Shown here: positions 23,077 to 23,143 of the stretch, one piece after another
Numbering within the stretch: position 1 is the stretch's first letter
Layout of the letters: each line of letters starts with the position of its first letter
Virus record (IMG/VR): IMGVR_UViG_3300025174_000536
Span: 1-23,143 of that record
Length of the DNA: 23,143 nt
Strand: one strand, 5' to 3'
Source of the DNA: a virus
Program-made: the position numbers and the translations under genes
The notes under the pieces: model-generated
Seen by the model: only the letters and a program-made list of their open reading frames with translations
Told to the model about the DNA's origin: nothing
Databases searched by the model: none

Positions 23077-23143
23077 CCCTCTGGCATATCATCCGCTTCA
23101 CCACCATACGCCACCTGTGGCTGACTGAAATCTGGAGCCATCA
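23073..23143 (+). CDS. Partial ORF running off the window
   Basis: ATGA overlap with HNH stop; MTLWHIIRFTTIRHLWLTEIWSH... Confidence 0.4.
   Translation, partial: MTLWHIIRFTTIRHLWLTEIWSH

Larger units (their letters stand above)
1..23143. mobile_element. Tailed dsDNA bacteriophage genome segment (packaging/head operon plus early genes)
   Basis: Terminase, portal, scaffold and major capsid genes in canonical order; dense overlapping small ORFs; SSAP-like and HNH genes; no host housekeeping genes, integrase or att site seen. Confidence 0.95.

Noticed and set aside
1-23143. CRISPR array, tRNA/rRNA genes, diversity-generating retroelement, integrase/att
   Set aside because: No regularly spaced repeats, cloverleaf, reverse transcriptase, TR/VR pair or recombinase motifs seen by eye; a tool scan could still find weak tRNA hits.

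Overview
The whole window is bacteriophage DNA (tailed dsDNA phage; no integrase or att site is visible, so prophage vs free phage cannot be decided). A divergent promoter region at ~18218-18340 separates two arms. The leftward arm (minus strand, 18217 to <1) is a tightly coupled late operon: candidate small terminase, large terminase, portal, a Pro/Thr/Gly-rich protein, a 1911-aa probable internal/ejection protein, scaffold, an N4-gp56-like major capsid protein and a small putative virion protein. With no tail genes in between, it continues into a sugar module: GT-A glycosyltransferase, two paralogous pentapeptide-repeat proteins, a coiled-coil protein, two tiny membrane peptides, a SAM methyltransferase, a NeuA-like CMP-sugar synthetase and a NeuB-like synthase (cut by the window edge). 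The rightward arm holds short early genes, a probable single-strand annealing protein, a Mor-like HTH protein and an HNH endonuclease. The most striking signal is a nonulosonic-acid (sialic-acid-like) synthesis/activation pathway plus glycosyltransferase coupled to the capsid genes, suggesting a glycan-decorated virion. Its accessory genes include a duplicated 'coiled-coil + pentapeptide repeat' module. All product calls come from motif recognition by eye; no database searches were run.
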